Shown: piece after piece, positions 13,889 through 26,545 of the stretch
Layout of the letters: every line of letters starts with the position of its first letter
How positions within the stretch are numbered: the stretch's first letter is position 1
DNA from: Trichinella spiralis
Lineage: Eukaryota
NCBI RefSeq assembly: GCF_000181795.1
Contig: NW_003526941.1
Location: 7,439,118 to 7,503,117 of the forward strand
DNA: 64,000 nt
Direction of reading: 5' to 3'
Notes under the pieces: generated by a model
Database searches by the model: none
What the model was told of the DNA's origin: nothing
The model's input: only the letters and a program-made list of their open reading frames with translations
Position numbers and translations under genes: made by a program

Positions 13889-15221
13889 TCATTGTCTTTG
13901 GATGTTGATTGAAAAATTATTTTTCAGAAATTATTCCAAAAAATAATAATGAATAAAAAGCAAATTCAGTGTCTGGTATTTGATATTGGTCTTCAGTTAA
14001 TTTTTGCAATCAAAACCCACTGCTCTCATACACGGACGGCCTCAAACTAAAATTATGTCAATAAAGCAAACGACTTAACATGCAAATTTTTATTTCATTC
14101 ATTTCTGCAGATAAATAAGACAAGTGCATATTATTCATTGCGTTTTATTTACTTAACTAACGCATTCTGTTTGAGGAGAAAATTTAATTGTAGCTTCATA
14201 CTGGACTGTAAGAAAGTAGGAAAAAATAAAAGTACTGCAACTGCTGTACTTTTTAACTCTACTGACTGAGAAAATCAGGTACAACCATCCCGGCAGTCAT
14301 TAATATGCAATTATTGTGAGTATTAGAAATTAGTAATAAATAAGTAATAAAGTGCAGAAAAAGTATTGGAATAATTATTTTTAAAAAGTCATATTCAATT
14401 CTATTCCATTCTATTGTATATAAAACAAGTAATTCATCATTTATGTGTAATTAAAATTAAATTTCCATTAATAAATGCTTCAATGGACGGTTGTTGAATA
14501 CAACCTGAAATGGATAATAAAATATACGCATATATTTAACAGATGAATAGTGTAGAAGTAAAATACGGGTGTATTGTTTGTACATGCGTTGTGAACGAAT
14601 GATATCGTTTTCTTGAACAACGTTTTGAACATGCAAGTTGAGCACACTTGACAACTGGACAGCTTTTACAAAATACCAGAATAAAGAAAACGTCAAGCAG
14701 CATTGCGTTTTTTCACTAAGTTAAACTGAACGACTTCCTTGGACAAAAAGCCAAATTACCGCCTCTCTCTTGTCAACTGGTAACTACAAATCTAGTAGAA
14801 CAGACAATGCAGTGAGTGATATGTCCCTTGTTGGAAAGTTCTTTTTATTAACTTCGTTGCCACTTTTCTTCGGCTGCATTCTGTAACTAGAACTTTTACT
14901 TCGCAAGCACAACATGCAAGCTTGTAATAGTGGTTGGTTGTTGTCACAGATTAATTTTATCGTGTGTGTGATTTTCTTCTCATCTGGCGGCTATTTTGAA
15001 CCGTTGATCAATAGAGAAGAATTTTTCGCTTCTAAATTCCCAATATTGGTGAAAACGGACTTGAGCATCAGCTGGCTTAGCTATGTCGAAGTGCACCGCA
15101 GCAGGTTGAATTTCGTACTGTCATCTGTGCATCATTCTATATTGAGTTCCGGACGTCGGGCATTTGTCTTGCCCGTGCAAGTGTTGTATGATTACTGGTG
15201 GATGCCGGACAACAGGTCGAT
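13889..15221 (+). repeat. Direct duplication of 15232-16569, containing a gap-truncated 5' copy (14914-15221) of the S9 peptidase
   Basis: The first ~102 codons are identical to 16260 onward. A handful of SNPs and one 3-nt indel lie in the upstream part. The copy ends at a 10-N gap. Confidence 0.9.
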
Positions 15222-16259
15222 NNNNNNNNNNTCATTGCCTTTGGATGTTGATTGAAAAATTATTTTTCAGAAATTATTCCAAAAAATAATAATGAATAGA
15301 AAGCAAATTCAGTGTCTGGTATTTGATATTGGTTTTTAGTTAATTTTTGCAATCAAAACCCACTGCTCTCATACACGGACGGCCTCAAACTAAAATTATG
15401 TCAATAAAGCAAACGACTTAACATGCAAATTTTTATTTCATTCATTTCTGCAGATAAATAAGACAAGTGCATATTATTCATTGCGCTTTATTTACTTAAC
15501 TAACGCAATCTGTTTGAGGAGAAAATTTAATTGTAGCTTCATACTGGACTGTAAGAAAGTAGGAAAAAATAAAAGTACTGCAACTGCTGTACTTTTTAAC
15601 TCTACTGACTGAGAAAATCAGGTACAACCATCCCGGCAGTCATTAATAATATGCAATTATTGTGAGTATTAGAAATTAGTAATAAATAAGTAATAAAGTG
15701 CAGAAAAAGTATTGGAATAATTATTTTTAAAAAGTCATATTCAATTCTATTCCATTCTATTGTATATAAAACAAGTAATTCATCATTTATGTGTAATTAA
15801 AATTAAATTTCCATTAATAAATGCTTCAATGGACGGTTGCTGAATACAGCCTGAAATGGATAATAAAATATACGCATATATTTAACAGATGAATAGTGTA
15901 GAAGTAAAATACGGGTGTATTGTTTGTACATGCGTTGTGAACGAATGATATCGTTTTCTTGAACAACGTTTTGAACATGCAAGTTGAGCACACTTGACAA
16001 CTGGACAGCTTTTACAAAATACCAGAATAAAGAAAACGTCAAGCAGCATTGCGTTTTTTCACTAAGTTAAACTGAACGACTTCCTTGGACAAAAAGCCAA
16101 ATTACCGCCTCTCTCTTGTCAACTGGTAACTACAAATCTAGTAGAACAGACAATGCAGTGAGTGATATGTCCCTTGTTGGAAAGTTCTTTTTATTAACTT
16201 CGTTGCCACTTTTCTTCGGCTGCATTCTGTAACTAGAACTTTTACTTCGCAAGCACAAC

Positions 16260-18284
16260 ATGCAAGCTTGTAATAGTGGTTGGTTGTTGTCACAGATTAA
16301 TTTTATCGTGTGTGTGATTTTCTTCTCATCTGGCGGCTATTTTGAACCGTTGATCAATAGAGAAGAATTTTTCGCTTCTAAATTCCCAATATTGGTGAAA
16401 ACGGACTTGAGCATCAGCTGGCTTAGCTATGTCGAAGTGCACCGCAGCAGGTTGAATTTCGTACTGTCATCTGTGCATCATTCTATATTGAGTTCCGGAC
16501 GTCGGGCATTTGTCTTGCCCGTGCAAGTGTTGTATGATTACTGGTGGATGCCGGACAACAGGTCGATAATCTTTTTAGCTGACAACAATATTTACAAACT
16601 CGACAGCTTTGCCAGTGTAGAATTGTTGGAAACTTTGTTCACTACCAATGGAACAAACACCGTCAAACTGTTCAACATAGGCATCAATCGACCGTTTGAG
16701 ATGGTGATTGGTTTACAAAAGGAGAACAATTCTAATTTTTTCGATCCTCACCTGATGGACATTCGTACTGGACAGTTGAAATTATTGTTTCGAAACGAAG
16801 CATTTCATGGAATTTATTTTGACCAAAACAATCGACCAATTTTAGCCATCAACGAAAGTGCCGACGGCTGGTCAACTTACTACAAATTGCAACTGATAAA
16901 CGATATTCTGCACACCAGTCGGATCAAAGTACTGCCAGTTGAAGCTGCTATAAACACATTCCCAGTCAGCTTTGGTTCGAATGGTCAAGATCCGTTGGTG
17001 TTTTGGATAAGCAGTGAAGGTCGAGACAAAGCGGCTTTGATTGGCGAACATCTGGAAACGGGCCATCTGGAAGTGTTGCATCAAGCAACAAGTGCCGATA
17101 TATACGAAGCTGTGGTGCATCCGTTGGACGGTCGACCATTGTTAGCTTATGAAAATTACTTCAAACCAGAAATCACCTACACTGATCCAGCGGTCGAATT
17201 GGATCGTCAGTTTTTACAAGCGCAACTGCAGCCAGATGTTTTCACCGTTCTGACCGTATCTCCAGACCTGAAGCGTTGGCATTTGTTCGTTTACAGCGAT
17301 ACGAATGTTGGAATTTATTTTTTGTACGTCAAATCAGAAAATGAAGAACGTACTTTAGTCAAACTGGTCGATACGAACGGACCGTTGTCCAGTCGTCAGT
17401 TGGCAAGACGAATTCCGATCGAAATTCCCACTCGTGACAAGAAGCTGCAGGTTTGCTATTTGACAACAGCAAAGCATAACGAAAATACCACCGACCTACC
17501 AATGCCGACTGTGGTTCATGTGCACGGAGGACCGTTGGCAAGGGTCGAGTGGTACTTCGACGCTGAAGTTCAGTTCTTGGCTAATCGCGGCTACCAAGTG
17601 CTCCAGTGCAATTTTCGAGGCTCCACTGGCTATGGTCGCAATTGGATCCGAGCTGGCTTCGGTGAATGGGGTGGAGCGATGCAAGGCGACCTGACTGACG
17701 CATTGCAGTGGACAATTGACCAACGCCTGACTGATCCAAAACGAGTAGCCATCTATGGGGGCAGCTACGGCGGTTACGCGACATTGTGCGGTCTGGCGTT
17801 CACGCCCGAAATCTACGCTTGCGGTGTGGACATTTTAGGACCTTCCAATCTGGTGACCACAGTGCAGACAATTCCAGACTATTGGCAACCGTTCAGAGGT
17901 ACGTTGATCACACAGATCGGTGCTGATGTGGACAGTGAATCAAGCCGAAATTGGCTACGAGCACGTTCACCGTTGTTCAACGCTTCGGCCATCAACAAAC
18001 CGCTCATGATTGTTCAAAGTTCATACGACGATCGGGTACTGCAAGCAGAATCTGACAGAATAGTCAAAGCGATCGGAAATAGCGGTGTACCATTGATATA
18101 CATGCTCTTCCCAGACGAGGGTCACGGAATCAGTCGGGTTGGTAACCGACTGGCATTTTATGCCGTCGTTGAGCAATTCCTTGCAAACTGCCTGAACGGC
18201 AAACAGCAACCAATCGGTACTGCACTGAATTACACTTCTGCAATTATTGAAAACTTTCCACAAATTCATAATTATACTGACTAG
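16260..18284 (+). CDS. S9 family serine peptidase (dipeptidyl aminopeptidase / acylaminoacyl-peptidase type), single exon, 674 aa
   Basis: Motifs VHVHGGP, NFRGSTGYG, nucleophile elbow YGGSYGGY (Ser 17763), Asp in SYDDRV (~18027) and His in PDEGHG (18123). Hydrophobic N-terminus INFIVCVIFFSSGG. Confidence 0.95.
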   Translation: MQACNSGWLLSQINFIVCVIFFSSGGYFEPLINREEFFASKFPILVKTDLSISWLSYVEVHRSRLNFVLSSVHHSILSSGRRAFVLPVQVLYDYWWMPDNRSIIFLADNNIYKLDSFASVELLETLFTTNGTNTVKLFNIGINRPFEMVIGLQKENNSNFFDPHLMDIRTGQLKLLFRNEAFHGIYFDQNNRPILAINESADGWSTYYKLQLINDILHTSRIKVLPVEAAINTFPVSFGSNGQDPLVFWISSEGRDKAALIGEHLETGHLEVLHQATSADIYEAVVHPLDGRPLLAYENYFKPEITYTDPAVELDRQFLQAQLQPDVFTVLTVSPDLKRWHLFVYSDTNVGIYFLYVKSENEERTLVKLVDTNGPLSSRQLARRIPIEIPTRDKKLQVCYLTTAKHNENTTDLPMPTVVHVHGGPLARVEWYFDAEVQFLANRGYQVLQCNFRGSTGYGRNWIRAGFGEWGGAMQGDLTDALQWTIDQRLTDPKRVAIYGGSYGGYATLCGLAFTPEIYACGVDILGPSNLVTTVQTIPDYWQPFRGTLITQIGADVDSESSRNWLRARSPLFNASAINKPLMIVQSSYDDRVLQAESDRIVKAIGNSGVPLIYMLFPDEGHGISRVGNRLAFYAVVEQFLANCLNGKQQPIGTALNYTSAIIENFPQIHNYTD

Positions 18285-18789
18285 CCGATCGTTCAGTAAA
18301 AAAATACAGCCATTATTATTTTTTGAAATATCGTAAAAATTTCAATTCATTAAAAATTATGAAAATTTACTTTATAACCAGATAAACTTAAATGATTTAT
18401 GATTTGCAGAAAATATTCAGTGAACATTGTTACAGATGAGAAATTTCAGTTTTTTTCTTTTTTTCCCTGTTATTTCGTTCTTATCCACAGCTGAGCATTG
18501 ATAAAACAGCTCGTCATGAACTAACTACTGCTACTTTTTATCGCGCATTCAAACAGTTTAGTAATAATAATTTAAAAATGATTTTATTAGCAAAAAATAA
18601 ATAATATTCATTAGTATGCTATATCTATAGATCGATCGATCGACAGGAAGATAGATAGATATTATGGATATTAGTCAAATAAATACAAAAAGTGTAAACA
18701 AATATTACAGTAAAACTAAAACAAGATAAACAAAAATAAGCCACAAGTTCCCACATGCTTCCATCACAAAAAAATCAATCAGTCACCAA

Positions 18790-19790
18790 TCAGTCTTCCA
18801 AGACTTTATACAGTTGAAATCGTTCCCTCAAAAACGGCCGCACATCCTCAACATTCTAAAATAAAATAAAATCATTAACTGACAAAATAATATATATGTA
18901 ATTGCTTACTGAGTCGACAATTTCGTGAAAAAAGCGGATCATAGTCTTCAGTTCACGATCTTCTTCATCGCCAGTCCACGGTTCAACCAAAATACCATTG
19001 TCAATCTTGAAAAATACATTGATATAAAAGCTGAAAGCATGGAAAAAAATTACAAGCAAAAAAGTAGGCCTTACGTGACAACAAAAGCTCATCATATTGT
19101 CATCCATTATGACTGTTTTACTGAGATCTCGTCCCAAAATTGATAAATCTTTCACAAACTCATGATCGACAGGCGCACAGTCTGGTCGGTAATAGAAATT
19201 ACTAAAAAAATAGATTTATTAATTAATATTTTGAAATTTAAGAAATTTTGCTTTGCTTTTGTTTTCATTACCTGAAATATTTATGTTCAGGATCAACAAG
19301 TTGGTCTATCACGGCAGCGGCGTATCTCGGCGTGCCAGCGGTAAAAAGTATCACTTCATAGAATTCAGAAATCGACTCCAAAAACTCCGCGCAACATGGA
19401 CGAACAGCTGTGTAGAACTGAAAATACAACAGTTAGTTATTTGAGTTAAAAATGAATATTTTTATACTAACCCTGCGGGTCGCTTGTGGTATATTAACGA
19501 TTTTGTATCTTGGGTCACCTTTACGCTTCGACCGTGAATGAACCAATGTCTGATCCTATAAAAATGGTAAAAAATTAAAGAATTAAACAAAAAATTAATT
19601 TATCATAAAGTAAAAAACAATAGCTTACCAAATCCAACACTGCCGTATATAATTTTTTAGATTTTTCTGGGATGGTTGGCAGAGGAGTAAACCATGATGA
19701 ATGAAAGGATGAATCATCTTTTTTTAGTTCAGATGCCTTTTTTTCAGAATGGTTCATTTGATTCCAGTGCATTTTGATTGTCTTTAGTTT
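18790..19790 (-). CDS. CTD small phosphatase-like HAD phosphatase (FCP1/SCP/NIF domain), multi-exon; 5' end unresolved, may extend to ~20100
   Basis: Spliced reading: LYTAVLDL|DQTLVHS...RR|FYTAVRPCCAEFLESISEFYEVILFTAG...|FVKDLSILGRDLSKTVIMDDN...|IDNGILVEPWTGDEEDREL...|NVEDVRPFLRERFQLYKVLED*. GT-AG boundaries are canonical. Confidence 0.9.
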
Positions 19791-22149
19791 CTAAAACGGA
19801 AAAAATAAGCAGATGAAATCGGTGAACGGGAAGTGTGAATTATGCAAAACAAAACTATGCAGAAAATACAACAGCTAAACAGCTAGAAAGTTGTGGAAAT
19901 AAAATACAAAATTCATACAAAACAAAATGCAATAGACAAAATCCTATATCACGTTTCAACGCGACAAAAATGTGCAAAATGAAAGAAAATACCATTACCA
20001 AGTGTTCGCAATGGATAACCAAACGTAGTATCCAATAGGACGAACCGACCGACAATGGCACAATGCCCAATAAATGAGCCAGTAATATCAGATTGTCCAA
20101 GGATAGGATTGTTTAAAGTGAACATTAAAATAAACTTTAACATATGGTAAAATGTTACATATCTGTTCATATGTTTGTTCAAAATTATTTTACTCATACT
20201 TTAAACTTGTCAATCTAAATACTGTAAAATTTTTGAAAATTTAAAATAGCATATTATTTCTAAATTTTGAAATTAAATTGATAGTTTACTTTTGTATGGC
20301 ATACATTTTTGTATTATATTTTTCAACGTATTTAAATTAAAAATATGTATAAGAAACAATGAAACAAAACATTTTAAAGAGATTTTAAATCACAATTTTA
20401 TGTTCAGAAATGGATTAATTTGATATGATTGGAAATGTAAAATTGAAAAAAATTAATAAAACCATATCATAATGATGAATAATTCAATGTCATAATTTTT
20501 TCCGTCAGTTTGTCATTGTAGTGTACATTGAATCGTGTGGAGATGAATTCCTTAAAAACGACAAACACTGACATAACGAAGTCATTCACCCGATAGATAA
20601 AAAGATTACAAATTGAAATATGTTTTCATGTTATAATTGGAAATTTAAATAAATTTCACAAACATTCATTGAGAACCAAAAAAGGTTTAACCAATATTTT
20701 TTTCCAAGATATCTGCTCATGTTGTTTGTGATTGTAAATATTATTTTTTAATGATTATTTAAATTTCGTTCAATTTTGCCTTTTCATATTGTAAAATGCA
20801 TTTCTTGAAATGCTTAAAATTGTGCACTTTACAACTTCGAACGCAGACCTGTATGTGTATATGTGAGGGGGGGGGGAAGGATGTTAATGCAAACAGCTAC
20901 ATTTGCATTGTTTCTGTGTAATGTCAGAGAAAATAGTACCATGCTACAATTGAAATGTTGGTTTTTATTGACCAACTGACCAACAAAAAAACAAACAAAC
21001 AGTGAAAACTAAGGCGAACTACTTTTCTCGGTAATGTACTTTAGTAATTAGATGATGAAAGTGATGTCAGTTTTCCAAAAACCTACTTGTACTAAAGGGA
21101 AATTTTCTGGTGAAACTTGAAATTCAAGTTTGGTATTTTTTTAGGTCTTAGCAGACACACAACTACAATGATGCTAATTTCTCAAATCACAAGCAAAAGA
21201 TAAGCATAGGAATAATAAAAGCACATTGCTCATTTCAAAAAACATTCGCTTGCAAAAGAGCACAACAAAAACAACAAAATTTCATTCTGTGTTCTCATTG
21301 TGAATTAAAAATCTCGCATATGTACGAATATGCATGTAAAAAGTTGATAAAGTTTAAAAAAAATAACTTACGGTATGGGAAATTTTTCATCTTCCCCATA
21401 ATTGAAGATATTTTGCAATCACCAATTTCAGTGCATCATCAATTACCATAAAGAGAAAATTGCTCGGTCGTCGATTTGCATCATTTCTGCGTCATAGCTT
21501 TTTGTCTGCTTAATTAAATGGTGTTCTGCAAAAAAAAACAAAAAATACCTTTATGTAAAAAAAGTATCACTTCCTCAACTCTATTAACAGCAATAATTAA
21601 AACAGTACAATTTACGTTGTTTGTTACAGTTAAGCATGTAAGAAGTCATAAATTAAAAATGCTACGTTTATTACTTTCAATAGTGATTGTTTTGCAACAA
21701 TTAAAATTCTTGCCAAAAAACTATTGCAAAATTGTTGAATAAATTGAATTTTATTATCATTTTATTTTTTGGTATAATTTTTTGCAAACGGGTTTTACAT
21801 TTTTTGTGAGAATGAAATAATTGTTGCAAAATCTTATAAAACGATTATTGTTTACAGCTCAGCTATATTATTTATTAGTTGTGTAGCCAACAAGTTGGTC
21901 ATTAGCCGTGATATACGCTACGCTACGCACAGTTAGTTAGCCTTAAAATACTGACAGTCAGTCAAAATTTTTATGGTAAGAGAAAACCGGTTGCTAATAT
22001 ATAGCCATGGGCATAATTCCGCTAGCAATAAACTGACGTTCGGCCGACAATCGCTTAGTACTTTTCTCATTTCTCTAGCAGAAAGCCGCTGGTTGACGAG
22101 TAACAATTTTCTTATACGTCAACACATATATAAATAAATAAATAAAAAT

Positions 22150-22285
22150 ATACATAGACACACGCACACGCACACGCACACACACATTCTCACATATGTA
22201 TATGCATATATACGCATAGATATAGATATATTTATGCAGAAGTGTGTGTACAGACATATCTATGCGTATATGCATATGTATAGAT
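22150..22285. repeat. (CA/CG/TA) dinucleotide low-complexity tract
   Basis: acacacgcacacgcacacgcacacacac...tatatgcatatatac, upstream of the gene starting at 22372. Confidence 0.8.
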
Positions 22286-22371
22286 AATAATATAATTTTG
22301 CAAATTGGATACAACTTTTGGTAGACGTATAGAAGAAAAGCAAAGCTAGCTAACTGCTTTTTGGTGAAAAA

Positions 22372-25300
22372 ATGAAAAAAGAATTTCAAAAAATTGGATG
22401 GAAATGGATGAGATGTTTAGCCAGAGATCGGCTAGTTTGGTCAATTTTGATTTTATTAGCCATGACGACTTGCGTGAATTGCCAAGATACGCTGTTCGAA
22501 TCTGGTAAACCATTCCAATTTCTCTGTCCGCCCAATCAAGCCGTAGCCGGCATGTCCTGGAAACGTGTCCATGTGCCGGATGAAGACAGTGACGACCTGT
22601 CCATCAGTATCCATTGTCACAATTTGGTCGACTTACCCGGACGATCACCGGTAAGATATTTCTTTTTTCTTCGGTTTTTTTGCTTTTTCCATATTCATCC
22701 ATCGACAACAATGCAAAAAAACCCTACGCGTTTTTATCTGATCTCCCAAATTAGTTATTAATAATTTTCATAGATAGAGCACAATAGAAAGTTTGCTCTT
22801 TTACTTGTATGTCATTAATCCATCATATGAGGTCAAACGCCCTTTGACCGTTCTGCATATGGTCACTTGCTCCAACGGAAATTGTCACTGTCAGTGTTTC
22901 TCACTTCACCATTAATGAGGTTAAATTCTCTGAAATTGTGCAAAACAAACGCCACTGACATGCTGACAGAATGCACGATAATCCCTTTGTCCCAGTCCGT
23001 ATAAAAAACTAAGCTTAAATGGACAAGATAATAAGGTCGCATTGATGCTCAAATAGAATAGGCAAAAGAAAGTTCAGCTAATAATTTTGACAGTGAATCA
23101 GATAGACCAACAAATGAAATAAGGCTACTTAGCATTCTTAAAAGAAAACAGATCTGATAATATATGGCCACTTTTGAATTGAAGCTATTTATGAATAATG
23201 ATGATGATGATGCCATTAATATTTGAATGGCATCTCACAGCAGGAGCTCAAGAATATATTTCAACATTAACCTTGACTTTTTGTCATATTCGAATTGTTT
23301 TTCTTCTTTCTTTATTTGAACAATATTTTTGTAAATCCACATAACGTGCGCAATGTATATGCTTTTTACAAAAAGATTGATCACAAATTTTTTTCTGCTC
23401 TTTTTATATACAAAATTAATATAACAATTAGTTTTAAATCATATTTGCTGTTTTTGACAGATCAATCGATTTGTTTTGAAAACATAAAACTCGTTGTTTC
23501 ACTTTTTCGACGATCAATTTATAAAAAATTACTCACTTGACTAATTACATTAGTCAACTGAGCTGTCAGCACTGTTTATTATAATGAAATTTTAACGATA
23601 GTGAATAAGTAGAACATGAAAATATTTCTCGACTCTTAATCAAATAATAAATATTTGAAATAAAATGAAAAAAAACTATAACTGCACAAATGGTCGATAG
23701 ATGCAGTTAAATACGGTATTGTGAAGAAAAAAAACATTGTGATAATCAAGTTAAAACAAAAACAACCTTCGTGGAAACGATGATTATATTTTTGGAAAAA
23801 TTTATTAATAACCGCATCAAAAGTATGAAGTAATAATTTCCTGTCCTTGGCATAATTTTATTTCTCTTTTGCTCAACACGAAAATTTTGTCAGACAAGTA
23901 GTATTCTTCCACAGAAGAAGAAATAATTTTTATCGAACTAATTATGTCAGCATATGTGCACTGAAAGCGGGCAAAAGAAATCAAGTCTATGCAATTTTTA
24001 TCAGTTCACTTAGCAATCGTCTATCAATAATTTCAAAATCTAAAATACAAAGAGCGCATCACTGTGTGCAACTTGAAAATCCTGTTTGAAAAGTTAAAAG
24101 TGCCGTTTTCATTAAATTTTTCTCGCTCCTTTGATAAAAGCGCTGAACCGAATGCGAAATAACAACGCCGCATATTCCTTAATGTATGCATATTTGATAT
24201 CTGGTGGAAAAAAATATCACTAGATCAATGAAAAATATAAAACCAACAATCTAATTTTCGTTCGCATAATATTGTTTTCTCAAAATTATCATTGAACTGA
24301 TTATTGTGCTGTTGGCTTGAAATTTCCCTAGCATTCTTTTCGAGGAAAAAAGTAGAACCATAAAATATTAAAATTTCCAACTACGAGCTACAAACTTTAC
24401 ATTGTATTTCATCCGGCAGTGCAAACAGCCGATCATTTTCCACTTTCAAATGAACGTTTTACAAGTGCTGCTACAGTTTGAAAATTTGTAATGAAAATTA
24501 AAATTCGTTAGTTTCATCCCGTACGAATGGCCCATCGAGAGAAAATTATTTTATCATTGAATTCTATGCTAGGCCTTCCCATTTACAGATTGTTAACGAA
24601 GACGATTGCTACAATGGAGAATTTTTCTCGCTTTCTGAAAATTCAAACACTAAAAGCAATTCCCACTGTCGTGAAAGTGAATTCATCAACGGAGTCAGTG
24701 GCGTGTTTGAAGACGGTGAACGACTGTAAGTTTTCACTGATCATTGTATATAAATTCATTGAAAAAAGCAATAACTACTGCATTCAACTTTCAATCATTT
24801 ATGCTAATGAGAATGACTGTAACAGATATTTACTGTACCAAAAAAGAATTGTACATGATTATTTTAAAAATCAAATTTAAAAATACAATAAATTAAAATT
24901 CTAATCGATCACAATAATGAACCATTTAATGAAAGTTATAAATTGATCGACTGAAATACTAAATGAACAGTTAGTTTACGGTAATTTACAGTTTCAGATT
25001 CGGAAAAAAAATAGTTCGCAATTTGTTTAGAATTCGTTTCAAATGCTGCAAAGCAAAAAGTATGCGCTTCGACTCGGACTTTTCATGCCACAGTACTCAG
25101 AAGTACAATTTGCGCGAATTGAATTTTGGCGCGTTCAGAAATTCCCGTGCCGACCGCAGCAACTGTCCAAAAAGCGTTCTAACCGGCCTCACAGTGCACG
25201 GTGGCTTTTTGTCCGCCAGTTTTTGTCCATTAGCTGTGAAAAATTACGATTATCCGTTGTGTGAGTTGTGGAAATTTGAATACATTTATTTTCAATTTGC

Positions 25301-26545
25301 ATCAATTTTCTTTTCATGTGAAGATTGCCTCAGCGACTACAACAATGGTAACGCTAGTCGAGCTTATTCGAATCGCAACAATCGACAACCGAAGAGATTA
25401 GCTGTGGACAGTTGGCCGACAACTGCTGAAAATGAATTCACCCTACCGGGAAGGAATTTCAAAATGCAATGCGGCAATGGACGTGCCATACGATCAATCA
25501 CCATAGCCGATGCCATAGTGCCGGAGACGAACCGCAGTGATGTTGTATTCAAAATTCAATGCGGAGATATTTTCAGCAATTCTCAGGCAAGTGTACAATT
25601 GCAATTAAAACTATTTAATGTGACTTAATTGAGCATTATTTATTTGGGTTTCTTTTTCTTATTTAATTCAGATTGCCTATCGTCGACGAATAAGCAGATT
25701 TATCCTGGTTGGCACTGAAGATGCAAGTATGGCCAACTGCCATGGAGATGAATTTTTGAAAGGCCTCTGGAGTGAATACAAGCTCAGCGTTAGAACGTAT
25801 GTTTAAGAAAAAAACAAGAAGCAATTTTTTGTGTTGTGTTCATTATATTATCGTTTATTTTCGTTCTTGGTTTATTCCTTTACAGACTTGCCTACGTTTG
25901 TGAAGAAGGAGCCAATATACGTGCCAAATGGAGACCGTTTGAAATTCACGGACGCTTGTTCCGATACTCCAGTGGTGGGAGAGTATTCGGGGCGAAAAAG
26001 TTCAATCAGTTTATGAAAAGCTTCAAGATGTCTGAACAGTAAGCATTCGTTTCTTGTTTTTTCCCCTATTCACCTTTTCAACACACAAACATTCGAATAC
26101 TTCTAATGTTACAATGAAAACAATCGTTCTATTACTTTTCAGAAAGGAAAATGTGAAACTTTATGAATCTCAGAAATTTCAAATTATTATTTCATAATCG
26201 CATACATCGGCTAATGACTAGTGATTGTTAAGTTTTCTCATGGAAATGAAATTAACATTGAAAATTTTAAAAAGGACAACTTACCATGTTGACGTTTTTT
26301 CGCATTGTTTGTCTGTTTTCTCAACCATCTCCCCATTTGAAATTTTTCTGTTTTCTTTCAGATTTTGGGATTCGGTGTTCATTTCGGCAGAATTTGATAC
26401 GTTCTATTCTTCGGTGAAGACGAAATTTGAAACATCCGAAACGTTGCTACAGTACGAAAATACCAAATTCATCGCAGTCACCAACGCCGAACAGTTGCGA
26501 GCAATGCAACGCAGCAATTCGTACCGACGCTATTATTATTACTGA
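22372..26545 (+). CDS. Secreted cysteine-rich protein with dermatopontin-like repeats (about 7 exons)
   Basis: Signal peptide LVWSILILLAMTTCVNC. Approximate exons 22372-22650, 24589-24725, 25031-25260, 25324-25586, 25672-25796, 25886-26038 and 26362-26545 join in frame. Repeats FQFLCPPNQAVAGM, HCRESEFINGV, FKMQCGNGRAIRSI, NCHGDEFLKGL. Confidence 0.75.

Noticed and set aside
16872..18269. Antisense ORFs overlapping the S9 peptidase (similar ones occur in DLST, SPRED and MAPKBP1)
   Set aside because: Shadow frames of GC-richer coding sequence with no independent features.
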